Below are positions 49,108 to 58,216 of a stretch of 64,000 nt of DNA, in pieces. The notes under the pieces were generated by a model. The model made no database searches and was not told the origin of the DNA. It saw only the letters and a list, made by a program, of their open reading frames with translations. Origin of the DNA: an uncultured Gammaproteobacteria bacterium (lineage in GTDB: Bacteria; Patescibacteriota; Microgenomatia; JALYQM01); assembly GCA_964403585.1 (NCBI GenBank), contig CAYOFQ010000001.1, positions 1,088,826-1,152,825 of the forward strand. Reading direction: 5' to 3'. Numbering within the stretch: the stretch's first letter is position 1; each line of letters opens with the position of its first letter. The position numbers were made by a program, and so were the translations under genes.

Positions 49108-49644
49108 TTATTTTCCTATTATTACTTGAGCAGGACGAATAACTTTACCGAAACCTTCATATCCTTTTTTGAGAACCTTAATTACCTTATCTTTTTCACC
49201 TTCAACAGTATCTACCGGTTCCATTTTATGCGGGTCAAACATTTCTCCTTCTGCTTTAATCTCAACTAATCCCTCATCTTTCAACATATCTCGGAACATT
49301 TTCACTGTCATCAGAACCCCAACAGCCCAGCCACTCTTCTTTTCTTCATCACTCATGCCAACTGTTGCCATTTCCATATGATCCAAAATCGGCAAAAACC
49401 GCTCCAGCACATTCATGGTGGCAAACTGCATAAATTCATTCTTTTCGCGTCTAACCTGTTTTTCTAGGTTCTGATAGTCTGCAACAGCCCGTTTCCACTT
49501 ATTATTTAAATCATCATTTTGCGCCATCAGCTTGGAAACAACATCGTCCTGCTGATCACCTGGTGATTGCTGTACCTGCTCATCCTGCGGGTCCAAGTCT
49601 GTACTTTCTTGGACATCATTTTTATTCTGTGTATCGTCCATCAT
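49108..49644 (-). CDS. grpE: nucleotide exchange factor GrpE
   Basis: Coiled-coil N-terminus and a C-terminal GrpE beta domain (GYEGFGKVIRPAQVIIGK). Confidence 0.9.
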   Translation of the reverse strand: MMDDTQNKNDVQESTDLDPQDEQVQQSPGDQQDDVVSKLMAQNDDLNNKWKRAVADYQNLEKQVRREKNEFMQFATMNVLERFLPILDHMEMATVGMSDEEKKSGWAVGVLMTVKMFRDMLKDEGLVEIKAEGEMFDPHKMEPVDTVEGEKDKVIKVLKKGYEGFGKVIRPAQVIIGK

Positions 49645-49740
49645 TCCCTCCTAACTAAATAAAACCAAGTATTACCAATCCATTAATATATACTCACAAA
49701 AAAACGCCAATACATAAGTGGGCAACAAACCTTTCCCTCA

Positions 49741-50484
49741 TTACCAGTTTCTACCCACTTCGGAGATCAGATTGCCAAAGTAGCGTACGGTTGGCACAAT
49801 ATGCGGATAATTCAACCGTGAAGGTCCTATTATACCAATCATGCCGTTTCCGTATTTCCCGGCGCGAAAACCGGTAAACACAAAACCACAAGGTTCGAGG
49901 TAGTGCATGTCCAGTTCTTCACCAAGCAACACTTTAACCGGATCGTCGGTAACTGACTTCTTAATCAATTCCAGTAAAGCTTCATGCCGATCAAGCAGCG
50001 ACAAGACTGTTTTAGTTACATCAATATCAAAGAATTCAGGAATATCCAAAATATTGGCTGCTCCTGCGTAAAAAACATCATCATCACCGGTAATCGCGAT
50101 ACCAAGTAAGCGGGTACTATCCGCTAGAACCAAAGTCGCATGCCGCATCAAACGCTCGTAATCGAACCGCTGGTCCCAAAGCTGCTGCTTAATATGTACC
50201 TCTTCCCTAACCGAAAGCGACTTTTCTTTCATAATTTCCGAGATATAGAGACGCAGCGCAATAGTTGTTGGCACCCGTCCTGCCGAGGTATGAGGCTGTT
50301 TTAAGTACCCCATTTCCACTAATTTGACCATTTCATTACGGACTGTAGCCGGTGAAACCCCCAGATGATACTTTTTTTCAATCGTTTCCGAGCCAACTGC
50401 AGTACCGGTGGCGACATGCTCCTCTACGATGGCTTGTAGTATTTTAAGCTGCCGAGGGGACAAATCACGCATATTTTTCTCCAA
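49741..50484 (-). CDS. hrcA: heat-inducible transcription repressor HrcA (compact, 247 aa)
   Basis: N-terminal winged helix (LSPRQLKILQAIVEEHVATGTAVGSETI...SPATVRNEMVKLVEMGYLKQPHTSAGRVPT). Confidence 0.85.
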   Translation of the reverse strand: MEKNMRDLSPRQLKILQAIVEEHVATGTAVGSETIEKKYHLGVSPATVRNEMVKLVEMGYLKQPHTSAGRVPTTIALRLYISEIMKEKSLSVREEVHIKQQLWDQRFDYERLMRHATLVLADSTRLLGIAITGDDDVFYAGAANILDIPEFFDIDVTKTVLSLLDRHEALLELIKKSVTDDPVKVLLGEELDMHYLEPCGFVFTGFRAGKYGNGMIGIIGPSRLNYPHIVPTVRYFGNLISEVGRNW

Positions 50485-50509
50485 ATTTTATCGAAAATAT
50501 AACTCGAAA

Positions 50510-50536
50510 CTAGCAATAGTATAAATCGACTGCTAA
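50510..50536 (-). promoter_or_regulatory. CIRCE-like inverted repeat (HrcA operator) upstream of hrcA-grpE-dnaK-dnaJ
   Basis: CTAGCAATA-N9-GACTGCTAA against the consensus TTAGCACTC-N9-GAGTGCTAA (6/9 and 8/9 matches, 9-nt spacer), 25 nt upstream of the hrcA start. Confidence 0.55.
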
Positions 50537-50663
50537 ACTCTTGTCAAGACAAAAAAAATGCTATACACTGAAAATAAACAATGATATAACATTTTGTGAG
50601 TCTTTACTTTTTGTAGAGTAATAAGTTATAGTAGTAACAATGTAAGAATTAGGTAAAAAAATT

Positions 50664-50966
50664 ATGAATACAAATACAAAACCCCTCTTCACCTTATCAA
50701 TTGCCGCAGAAATTATTGGTGTACATCAACGTACCTTAATGTTATACGAAAATGAGAACCTGGTCATCCCTCACCGCACAAAAACCAACCGCCGTCGCTA
50801 CAGCCCGGCAGATATCGACAAACTTAGATTTATCCAATATTTAACCCGCAAAAAGGGACTAAACCTCGCCGGAGTCCGTACCGTTTTCGAAATTTTAGAC
50901 AGTCTTGGGGATAAGCAGGATGCAAAGATGAAAGAAATCTTCCCTGACTTCAAGATCCCTGCCTAA
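50664..50966 (+). CDS. hspR: MerR-family transcriptional regulator, HspR-like
   Basis: FTLSIAAEIIGVHQRTLMLYENENLVIPHRTKTNRRRYSPADIDKLRFIQYL closely resembles the HspR N-terminal HTH. Divergent from the dnaK operon. Confidence 0.7.
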   Translation: MNTNTKPLFTLSIAAEIIGVHQRTLMLYENENLVIPHRTKTNRRRYSPADIDKLRFIQYLTRKKGLNLAGVRTVFEILDSLGDKQDAKMKEIFPDFKIPA

Positions 50967-50974
50967 TACAAAGT

Positions 50975-51196
50975 ATGTACACCAATTCTCGTGGGGTTCT
51001 ACTTCTTTTTATTCCTGGAGCGTTGTTTCTATACTGTGCCTGGCAGCTACTCCGCAACGCTCAAGACTCACCTGATCGATCAACACGCCTGACCCTGGCA
51101 TTATGTGCTATTCTAGCTACAATTATGGGTATAGTGCTGATACTGGCGGGTCTAGAAGTCTGCTTCCTCTTCAACCTTTTTGGGGTATGCAATTAA
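50975..51196 (+). CDS. small two-TM membrane protein
   Basis: 73 aa with two hydrophobic helices. Lies 9 nt after the hspR-like gene. Confidence 0.4.
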   Translation: MYTNSRGVLLLFIPGALFLYCAWQLLRNAQDSPDRSTRLTLALCAILATIMGIVLILAGLEVCFLFNLFGVCN

Positions 51197-51275
51197 ACAT
51201 ATCATTACCTGAGAAAGAAATATCCCGAAATAAATTCCAGGATACAAAAGAAGACTCAAAGTTTTAATTTCAAGT

Positions 51276-51668
51276 TTACTTGCTTTTATGCTCAGGAGCA
51301 TATTCTTCAACTTTAGTTGGAAGATCTTTTGGTGTTATCCGAGACTTAATAATGTACTCTTTAGCACCCAGCTCTAAGCCTTTAGATATAGTAGCTTCAT
51401 CATCATAGTTGGAAAGAATAACCACCGGAATATCTGCTGTCTTGGCGTTATTGCGAAGCATTTGTAATAAATCCAACCCACTGATTTTCGGAATACGCAA
51501 ATCAAGGAAAATAAGGTCAGGCAAATCCTCTTCGGCCTTCTGAAGACCTTCTTCACCGTTTACGGCACAGATAACTTCATACTCCTCCATCGTCAGAACG
51601 AGTTCATACAACTGACGAACACGAGGGTCATCTTCAACTAATAAAACGCGTACTTTGTCATCACTCAT
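51276..51668 (-). CDS. standalone response-regulator receiver (CheY-like REC domain)
   Basis: VLLVEDD, phosphoacceptor Asp in LIFLDLRIP, and conserved Ser/Lys positions. No output domain. Confidence 0.85.
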   Translation of the reverse strand: MSDDKVRVLLVEDDPRVRQLYELVLTMEEYEVICAVNGEEGLQKAEEDLPDLIFLDLRIPKISGLDLLQMLRNNAKTADIPVVILSNYDDEATISKGLELGAKEYIIKSRITPKDLPTKVEEYAPEHKSK

Positions 51669-52839
51669 AAGAATAATCCTTTCGACGTTTACCGTGTAAA
51701 AAGTTCGCTAAAAACTGTTGAAATGCGTTCGGCGCTTTCTCTACAGGTTGTATCGTCTGTCCCCGCTCAAAAGCCAAATCACGCGGTAATGATATCGTAA
51801 AAGTAGTTCCTTTTTCAAATGTACTGTCAACAATAATACTTCCTTCATGCATCTCGATAATCGTTTTACTTATATAAAGACCTAAACCTGCACCTGTTAC
51901 CCGATCCAAAAGTTTGTTCTCAGATCGGTAAAACCGTTCAAAGATGTGCGGCAGATCTTTCTTTTCGATACCATATCCGTTATCAATAACGGTGATTACA
52001 AAAGAAGAATCCGTTACTTTTAAGCTTACCCTAATCTTTCCGCCCGGATTTGTATATTTGATAGCATTATCAACTATGTTAGTCAATACTTGACGGATTT
52101 TCGCTTTATCACCATGAAATGGCGGCACGACCTTATCTGCAGTATACACTATACTGATATTTCTTTCCATTGCCTTGTCCATCAAACTGTCAATCGTCTT
52201 TTTAGAAACATCGAACAATGACATGGCACTCTTGTGTAATCTGAACTTGCCACTATCCAGACGGGAAACATCCAGCAGATCCTCTACCAGACTGGAGAGA
52301 CTCTGAGTATCATCATAAATTTGCTTGATAAAGTTACTTTGCTGCTCACTTAATTTTCCCACCTTACCTGCTAAAAGCAGAGATAAATATCCCGCAATAA
52401 CTGTTAACGGCGTACGGAGTTCATGCGAAGCAATTGAGATAAAATCGGAACGCATTTGTTCGGCTTTTTTCGCTTCGTTAATATTACGGGCAAAAATTGC
52501 CAACTTTTCGCCTCCTTCATCGGAAGCAATTTTAGTAAAAGAACAACTTATCCAGATCAGATCCCCGTCTCGACGGGTTAGTTGAACTTCCATATATTCC
52601 GGCTCGGCTGCCGGGTCCTTATATACCGCCAGTGTCGGCAGTGCCAGCAAGTCGGACTGACCTTCAACTATGAATACTTCCTGAATTTGCTTCCCCACTG
52701 CCTCTTCAGCCGAAAATCCGGTAATCTTTTCCGCTGCCGGATTCATGAGTTCAATCATTCCGCTATCATTGATGAAAATCATTGCTTCCGAGGTAAGGGA
52801 GAAAATCCTATTCCAATGTTCACGAGTAACATAATCCAT
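51661..52839 (-). CDS. cytoplasmic PAS-domain sensor histidine kinase
   Basis: PAS domain (NPAAEKITGFSAEEAVGK), H-box IASHELRTPLT, and N/G1/G2 boxes (DNGYGI, GAGLGL). No TM segments. Overlaps the REC gene by 8 nt. Confidence 0.9.
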   Translation of the reverse strand: MDYVTREHWNRIFSLTSEAMIFINDSGMIELMNPAAEKITGFSAEEAVGKQIQEVFIVEGQSDLLALPTLAVYKDPAAEPEYMEVQLTRRDGDLIWISCSFTKIASDEGGEKLAIFARNINEAKKAEQMRSDFISIASHELRTPLTVIAGYLSLLLAGKVGKLSEQQSNFIKQIYDDTQSLSSLVEDLLDVSRLDSGKFRLHKSAMSLFDVSKKTIDSLMDKAMERNISIVYTADKVVPPFHGDKAKIRQVLTNIVDNAIKYTNPGGKIRVSLKVTDSSFVITVIDNGYGIEKKDLPHIFERFYRSENKLLDRVTGAGLGLYISKTIIEMHEGSIIVDSTFEKGTTFTISLPRDLAFERGQTIQPVEKAPNAFQQFLANFLHGKRRKDYSYE

Positions 52840-52914
52840 AACACATTACCTTATAGCAATAGTACAATATATAAGATAATATACCCTTAATCCCATGTCA
52901 AGCGAAGAAAAAGT

Positions 52915-52964
52915 ACGCAAAAAGCTCGGGAGCGAATAACCGGTAAGGTATTCAATCCCGAGCT
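52915..52964 (-). terminator. intrinsic terminator (minus strand) 75 nt upstream of the HK start codon
   Basis: 8-bp stem GCUCGGGA/UCCCGAGC with a 25-nt loop, followed on the minus strand by CUUUUUGCGUACUUUUUCUUCGC. Confidence 0.5.
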
Positions 52965-52970
52965 TCGAAG

Positions 52971-53074
52971 CTGAAATACTAAGGCCGACCTTCTTTTCCA
53001 TACCTTGGCTGGAAAAGCAGAGCTTTAAATGCGAGCCAAGGCGATGCATTAAGCGTGTCGGCTTAGTATTCAGC
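52971..53074 (-). promoter_or_regulatory. structured RNA element (nested long-range stems; riboswitch/aptamer-like or 3'-UTR structure)
   Basis: An 18-bp long-range helix (52971-52990 with 53057-53074, two 1-nt bulges) encloses an 8-bp hairpin CCTTGGCT/AGCCAAGG (53002-53009 with 53034-53041). A palindromic linker AGCTTCGAAGCT joins it to the terminator. Confidence 0.35.
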
Positions 53075-53085
53075 AAGAAAAAATT

Positions 53086-56000
53086 CTATTGCTTCACAAA
53101 ATTAAACTTCGCGATCGCTCCTCCACCGTCTTCATAATATTCAACCTTAAATTCATGGTCACCGGCAGTTAATACTTTATCAACAGTATTAGTCTTAACA
53201 GCGTGGTCAACCCAGTCATCAATTACCAATTGCCCGTCAATATAAACACGTACACCATCATCCGACTCAGTTGTAAACCGGTAGGTTCCGGCAGTTACAG
53301 TCTGCTTCGTTACCCATCGGGCGACAAAGTGTTCGGTATCAATCTTGGCATCCGGTGAGCCGGCACCGAAGTCAAAGTCAATTGCAGCATCGGTTCGGGT
53401 CAAATCAGGTGCCCGGGTTGGGAATTCCGGCGACCGTCCGGTCCCGATGGTATTCCAGTACTGACCGGTATACCCACCGGTTGGCGGCACCGGAGTCGGT
53501 GTTGGTGTTGCGGTAGGCTCCGGAGTTCCATTTATCACGGTCCAGTTAAGCTTGGCAACTGCTCCACCGGCGTTCTCGTAGAACTCATATCGGATATCAT
53601 GATCACCAGCAGCTAACACTACATCGGCGGTATGGGTAGTAGGAGCATGATCATTCCACTGATCAAGAATCAACGTGTTATCGACATACAATCGTACTCC
53701 ATCATCAGATAAAGTATTGAAACGATAGGTTCCGGCAGTAAAGGTAATCTTGCGCGTCCAGCGGGCAATGAAGTGATCCACCGGTATTGTTCCACCCGGT
53801 CCGCCCTGTCCCCAGTCAAAGTTAACCGTATCATCAGTACGTGTCAGATCGGCTGCACGGGTTGGAATAGCCGGTTTGCTGCCAGTTCCTGGTACACTCC
53901 AGTATTCGCCGTTAAATCCATTCACAGGGGCTGGTGTGTTAGTTGGTGTTGGCGTCGGAGTTGGCTGGTTGATCGGATCCCACCAGAAGGAAATAATAGC
54001 ATCCTCGGTATTATCGTAGAACTCCAGCTTGATCACGTGGTTGCCTGCCGTTAAGTTCTTTTGAACAGTATGTTTAGTTTCACCATGATCATTCCATTGA
54101 TCGATAAGCAGCTGGTTATCAATATATAACCGTACACCATCATCGGATACCGTATTGAAGATATAGTTACCACCGGCAAAATTCTGGGTTTTAGTCCAGC
54201 GAACACCAAAGTGATCGGCAGTTATTGCTGCATTCGGTGAATTATATCCCCAGTTGAAGTCAACAGTAGCATCATTTCGGGTGAAAGCCGGCGTACCTGT
54301 TGGCAGCACCGGTGAAGCACCTGTACCCGGCAAATTATAGTAAGCACCACTAAAGCTGCCTTCGGCTGGAGTCGGTTCAGGGGTTCCTGTTGGTGTACTG
54401 GTTGGTGTCGAGGTTGGAGTTGGTGTCGGCTGAATAGCTGATGGCTCAAAAGTCCAATCCAATGCAGCTACCGATTCACCTGAATTCTCATAGTACTCAA
54501 CCCGTACATCATGATTTCCTGCAGTAAGATCAATTGTTCCGGTATGATCGGTTGTTCCCTGATCAAACCAGGCATCAATCACACTCTTACCGTCAATGAA
54601 CAATCGCATTCCATCATCCGAAGTCAACGTAAAGGTATACTTACCGGCCGGGAAATACTGCGATCGGGTCCAGCGAACTGAGAAATTGTCGGCATTAATA
54701 CCTGACATAGGTGACCCGCCACCCCAATCAAAGTCAATTATTGCATCATTACGTGTTTTAGCAGGTGTACCGGTAAGTGTTTTATTATTGAAGTATTCGC
54801 CTTTAAACAGCGGAGCTTCTTTATAGTAAACCGTATACGCGGTGTCCTGAGCTGCCATTGTTATGAAATGTTTCGGCTTTCCTCCGTCAGACCAGCGGTC
54901 AAATACATAAACCTTACCGCCAATATATTCTGTTACCGGGGCCGAAAGTTCACGCTGGAATCCTATCACACCTTTGAGCGTGACCGGCAAGTTAGTTACC
55001 GGAGTTCCATCAAGATTAACGGATAATCCGGTTGGATTTGAGTTAAGAGTAACATTAGATGTCTCTGGATAGATATTTACGGCCTCGGTAGTAGAAAGAC
55101 CATTGTCATCACGACCGGTAACTCGGATTTCCAGCCAGGTGTTCGGTGATGCTTCCCCGGTAGTAGGAATTGTAAACGTACCGGTTTTACTTTGAATCGG
55201 ACCTAAAAACGGATGAGTATGCGTATCATGATGCAAGAGAACTTCGGTTGTAAAATCAGCATCATGGAGGTCAAAACCAGCTCCATCAATACCTGACGCG
55301 GTGTAAAAAATTGTATCACCGGCTTTATACTTTGAACCGTCTGTTGGTGAACCAATATGAACGGAAGGCGGAGTACCTACCTGAATTACCAGCGGTATAG
55401 CTTCTGCGACATTTGTACCGTCACTGACTTTCAAAATAACCGTATAGGTTCCTTTGACAGTATACGTTTTCTGAGGATTTGCAGCAGTTGAGTGTGTGCC
55501 GTCACCAAAGTCCCAATCATAGGTTAATGGGCTGCCATCCGGATCTGAACTTCCGGCAGATGAGAATTTGACTGTTAACGGTTCAATACCCTTAGTTTTA
55601 TCGGCACTCGCGTTAGCCACCGGAACAGTATTTCCTGTTGAGTAACTGACCCGATACAATCGGGCCGGATAATAAGTCAAATAGTACAGCGAGCCATCAT
55701 GAGCTTCACGCATATCAACAACACTGCCGGCATTAGTATCAAAATCCTGCACTCCTGTTGAGTTACCGTTACTGTCCAAAGTCAGGGTTCGAATGAAACC
55801 ACGCGCGTAGTCACCAACAAAATAGCGCCCCTTATACGTTGAAGGGAACATTGATCCGTGATACACCGGACCTCCGGTTACAGCTGAACTTTGACCATCA
55901 TGGCTGTAGGTATATATAGGATTGGTGTATTTGGCACACTCGGTAGCAGATAAGGTACACATACCTTCAATAACCGGCCAACCGTAATTCTTACCCTTTT

Positions 56001-56733
56001 CAATTTTATTGACTTCTTCCCAATAGTCATTTCCGACATCACCGATAAAAATTCGGCCGGATACGGAATCAAACTGCAGTCGCCATGGATTGCGAACACC
56101 CATTGCGTAAATTTCAGGCATTGCTCCAGGGGTGTTAACAAACGGATTATCTCCCGGTGCGGTACCATCTTTATTGATACGCAGGATCTTTCCAAACGGA
56201 ACGGATAAATCCTGGGCATTTGGCGGATACCCGTTATCTCCGATACCCAGATACAGCTTACCATCAGGACCAAAAGACATACCGCCACCAACGTGGAGTT
56301 CCTGGGAAGGAGTAGTCGTTTCAAAGAGCACCACCGGACCATCGGTGCCAACATCACCTGAGGCATTAAAACGAACTAACCGGTTATGCAAATCACCGGA
56401 GGAAGTGTACCAGAAATATACCCAGTGGTTATTAAGGTAGTCAGGGTCAAAAGCGATACCGATTAACCCGCGATCACCTGTCCCGGCCGAAGGAAGATCG
56501 GCAAACGGAGTAGCCAAAACCTGTCCATTCTTAAAAATCTTGATTTTACCGGTACGTTCGAGGATAAAAATACGTCCGTCAGGAGAAAAAGAAAACGTAG
56601 TAGCTCCACTAAAACCGGATCCTGCAATCAACGTGGTCTGAAAGTTAGCCGGTGGAGCTGCATTTACCGAAGAAACCGAAATAAAGAATACTGAAAAGAA
56701 AAGTGCCCAAAAAGCCGCGAGACGCCGTACCAT
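53086..56733 (-). CDS. large secreted surface protein: signal peptide, PQQ-dependent sugar dehydrogenase-like beta-propeller, PKD domain, four tandem PA14 domains separated by Pro/Thr linkers
   Basis: Signal peptide MVRRLAAFWALFFSVFFISVSSVNA. GSDH-like motifs (RGLIGIAFDPDY, PDGKLYLGIGD). PKD (YDWDFGDGTHS). Four repeats of the PA14 pattern (GEYFNN...DFDWG...RWT...SDDGMRLFIDG...GNHD...EYYE) at roughly aa 643-762, 795-920, 938-1066 and 1086-1215. Confidence 0.85.
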   Translation of the reverse strand: MVRRLAAFWALFFSVFFISVSSVNAAPPANFQTTLIAGSGFSGATTFSFSPDGRIFILERTGKIKIFKNGQVLATPFADLPSAGTGDRGLIGIAFDPDYLNNHWVYFWYTSSGDLHNRLVRFNASGDVGTDGPVVLFETTTPSQELHVGGGMSFGPDGKLYLGIGDNGYPPNAQDLSVPFGKILRINKDGTAPGDNPFVNTPGAMPEIYAMGVRNPWRLQFDSVSGRIFIGDVGNDYWEEVNKIEKGKNYGWPVIEGMCTLSATECAKYTNPIYTYSHDGQSSAVTGGPVYHGSMFPSTYKGRYFVGDYARGFIRTLTLDSNGNSTGVQDFDTNAGSVVDMREAHDGSLYYLTYYPARLYRVSYSTGNTVPVANASADKTKGIEPLTVKFSSAGSSDPDGSPLTYDWDFGDGTHSTAANPQKTYTVKGTYTVILKVSDGTNVAEAIPLVIQVGTPPSVHIGSPTDGSKYKAGDTIFYTASGIDGAGFDLHDADFTTEVLLHHDTHTHPFLGPIQSKTGTFTIPTTGEASPNTWLEIRVTGRDDNGLSTTEAVNIYPETSNVTLNSNPTGLSVNLDGTPVTNLPVTLKGVIGFQRELSAPVTEYIGGKVYVFDRWSDGGKPKHFITMAAQDTAYTVYYKEAPLFKGEYFNNKTLTGTPAKTRNDAIIDFDWGGGSPMSGINADNFSVRWTRSQYFPAGKYTFTLTSDDGMRLFIDGKSVIDAWFDQGTTDHTGTIDLTAGNHDVRVEYYENSGESVAALDWTFEPSAIQPTPTPTSTPTSTPTGTPEPTPAEGSFSGAYYNLPGTGASPVLPTGTPAFTRNDATVDFNWGYNSPNAAITADHFGVRWTKTQNFAGGNYIFNTVSDDGVRLYIDNQLLIDQWNDHGETKHTVQKNLTAGNHVIKLEFYDNTEDAIISFWWDPINQPTPTPTPTNTPAPVNGFNGEYWSVPGTGSKPAIPTRAADLTRTDDTVNFDWGQGGPGGTIPVDHFIARWTRKITFTAGTYRFNTLSDDGVRLYVDNTLILDQWNDHAPTTHTADVVLAAGDHDIRYEFYENAGGAVAKLNWTVINGTPEPTATPTPTPVPPTGGYTGQYWNTIGTGRSPEFPTRAPDLTRTDAAIDFDFGAGSPDAKIDTEHFVARWVTKQTVTAGTYRFTTESDDGVRVYIDGQLVIDDWVDHAVKTNTVDKVLTAGDHEFKVEYYEDGGGAIAKFNFVKQ

Positions 56734-57013
56734 GATACGCTCTTTCTAGGCAGACTAAAATATGTTTCCGGATAATAACAAAACTATAGGGTAGATGTCA
56801 AGCTCAAAAATAAAATCCTGTTCCATCCTATAATATTGACTATAGTTTTTACTACTGATAAAATATTCCAATGTTTAACGATAAGCCTTATAGATTTATA
56901 TAAACGCATTTTCGTTACACATAGCTAGTCCTTTCACACATACTGTATTGCATACCTGCGCAGAATAGAAATTAGGAATAATCCTCATCTCTATCCTGCG
57001 CAGGGAGACCATA

Positions 57014-57418
57014 ATGATACGCCGTACTATTGCCGGACTGCTGCTGGCAGCATTGCTAGTCGCAGGTAGCCTGTTCATCCCGTCGGCCACACCATCCGCC
57101 ATCGCCGCTCCGGCGGCACAAACGCAAGAGGAGTCGCATACGCTCGCAGGGGGAGCATGCGTTCTATTGCACCCAGTCGACGAAACTGGTGATGTGCAAG
57201 TTTGCCACCTGACATATTGGTTCAGGCTGCAATTGCACCATTACTACACTATCACCCAAAACGGGACAAAGATCGAAACGCCGGAAGGAATCACTATGTA
57301 TTGGGAGACCCGCTGGGTCGAAACTCCGGTAAGAATTACCAGAAGAAGGACGATAACCGTGACGGTACCCGAAAAATACCTGATTGTGACATGGAGAACT
57401 GACAAGTACACTGGCTAA
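57014..57418 (+). CDS. hypothetical secreted protein (134 aa) with GC-richer codon usage
   Basis: Signal peptide MIRRTIAGLLLAALLVAGSLFIPSATPSAIAAPA. Codons are Leu-CTG/Ala-GCC rich, unlike the neighbours. Flanked by CTGCGCAG palindromes and followed by a 13-bp-stem hairpin. Confidence 0.5.
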   Translation: MIRRTIAGLLLAALLVAGSLFIPSATPSAIAAPAAQTQEESHTLAGGACVLLHPVDETGDVQVCHLTYWFRLQLHHYYTITQNGTKIETPEGITMYWETRWVETPVRITRRRTITVTVPEKYLIVTWRTDKYTG

Positions 57419-57593
57419 TCACGTAGATACTGCGCAGGATTTGCGTGATTGTTAAGAGGGGCGCAGTAGTGCAAGGTGCGTTATCGCGCCTCTCTTAATA
57501 CCAGCCAATACAGTATGTGTGACTTATTTTATAACTAAATTCTTTTTATTTAAACCTATAGTAGTTGAAAATTAAATGCTCTCTGTAAAAAGA

Positions 57594-58163
57594 TTAATCA
57601 TTCACCCGCTCTAGATATTCACCCGTATCCGGATTCAAAGCGATCTTATTACCTTCTTTAATAAACTCCGGAACCTGAACTTCCACTCCATTTTCTAGTG
57701 TTGCCGGCTTAAGTACTCTGCCAACCGTATTGCCGCCGGCAGTTTTTTCCGTCGAAGCTACCTTAAAAACAACTCTCTTTGGCGGGCGCATACCAATCGC
57801 ATCGCTTTCATGAAGAAGAACCTGATACGTAACACCTTCCTGTAAAAACTTTTCAAAATCACCAATTAAGTCGGTTTTAACACTCACCTGTTCATAGGTA
57901 TGCGGATTCATAAAATACGCTTCTTCAGCATCTTTATATAAATATTGCAGTTCACGGGTGTCGACAGTATATTCTTCAAGCGTTTCACCTGATTTAAAAG
58001 TATTTTCAACCACCCGACCGCTCTTCAAACTCTTCAGTTTTATGCGGTAAAAGGCTGACCCCTTACCCGGATTGGTAAAATCCATATTGGTGATTAAACA
58101 AGGCTCATCTTTAAAAATGACATACATTCCCTTTTTAAGATCGGCGGTTGATACAACAGACAT
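57594..58163 (-). CDS. efp: elongation factor P
   Basis: Conserved EF-P sequence with the modification-loop lysine in TNPGKGSAF. Confidence 0.95.
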   Translation of the reverse strand: MSVVSTADLKKGMYVIFKDEPCLITNMDFTNPGKGSAFYRIKLKSLKSGRVVENTFKSGETLEEYTVDTRELQYLYKDAEEAYFMNPHTYEQVSVKTDLIGDFEKFLQEGVTYQVLLHESDAIGMRPPKRVVFKVASTEKTAGGNTVGRVLKPATLENGVEVQVPEFIKEGNKIALNPDTGEYLERVND

Positions 58164-58216
58164 AAAATTCCTCTAAATAAACGTATACTAATTTTCCTCG
58201 CATTATAACACGGCAT

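Noticed and set aside
52846-53076. 76-aa minus-strand ORF covering the structured intergenic region upstream of the HK
   Set aside because: The region folds into long nested helices plus a terminator hairpin, and the ORF has no SD. Nested RNA structure can incidentally keep a frame open. I could not exclude a small protein, but the RNA-element reading explains more of the sequence.
52898-53080. SRP (4.5S) RNA, because of GGAAAAGCAG and CCAAGG strings resembling SRP domain IV
   Set aside because: Helix order and loop positions do not fit the SRP helix-8 architecture. The GGAA lies on the 5' side of a hairpin whose partner strand is AGCCAAGG, with an unrelated loop. A cis-regulatory or UTR structure is preferred.
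55878-56366. 162-aa minus-strand ORF in another frame inside the PA14/propeller gene
   Set aside because: Alternative-frame ORF within a confidently called 1215-aa gene.
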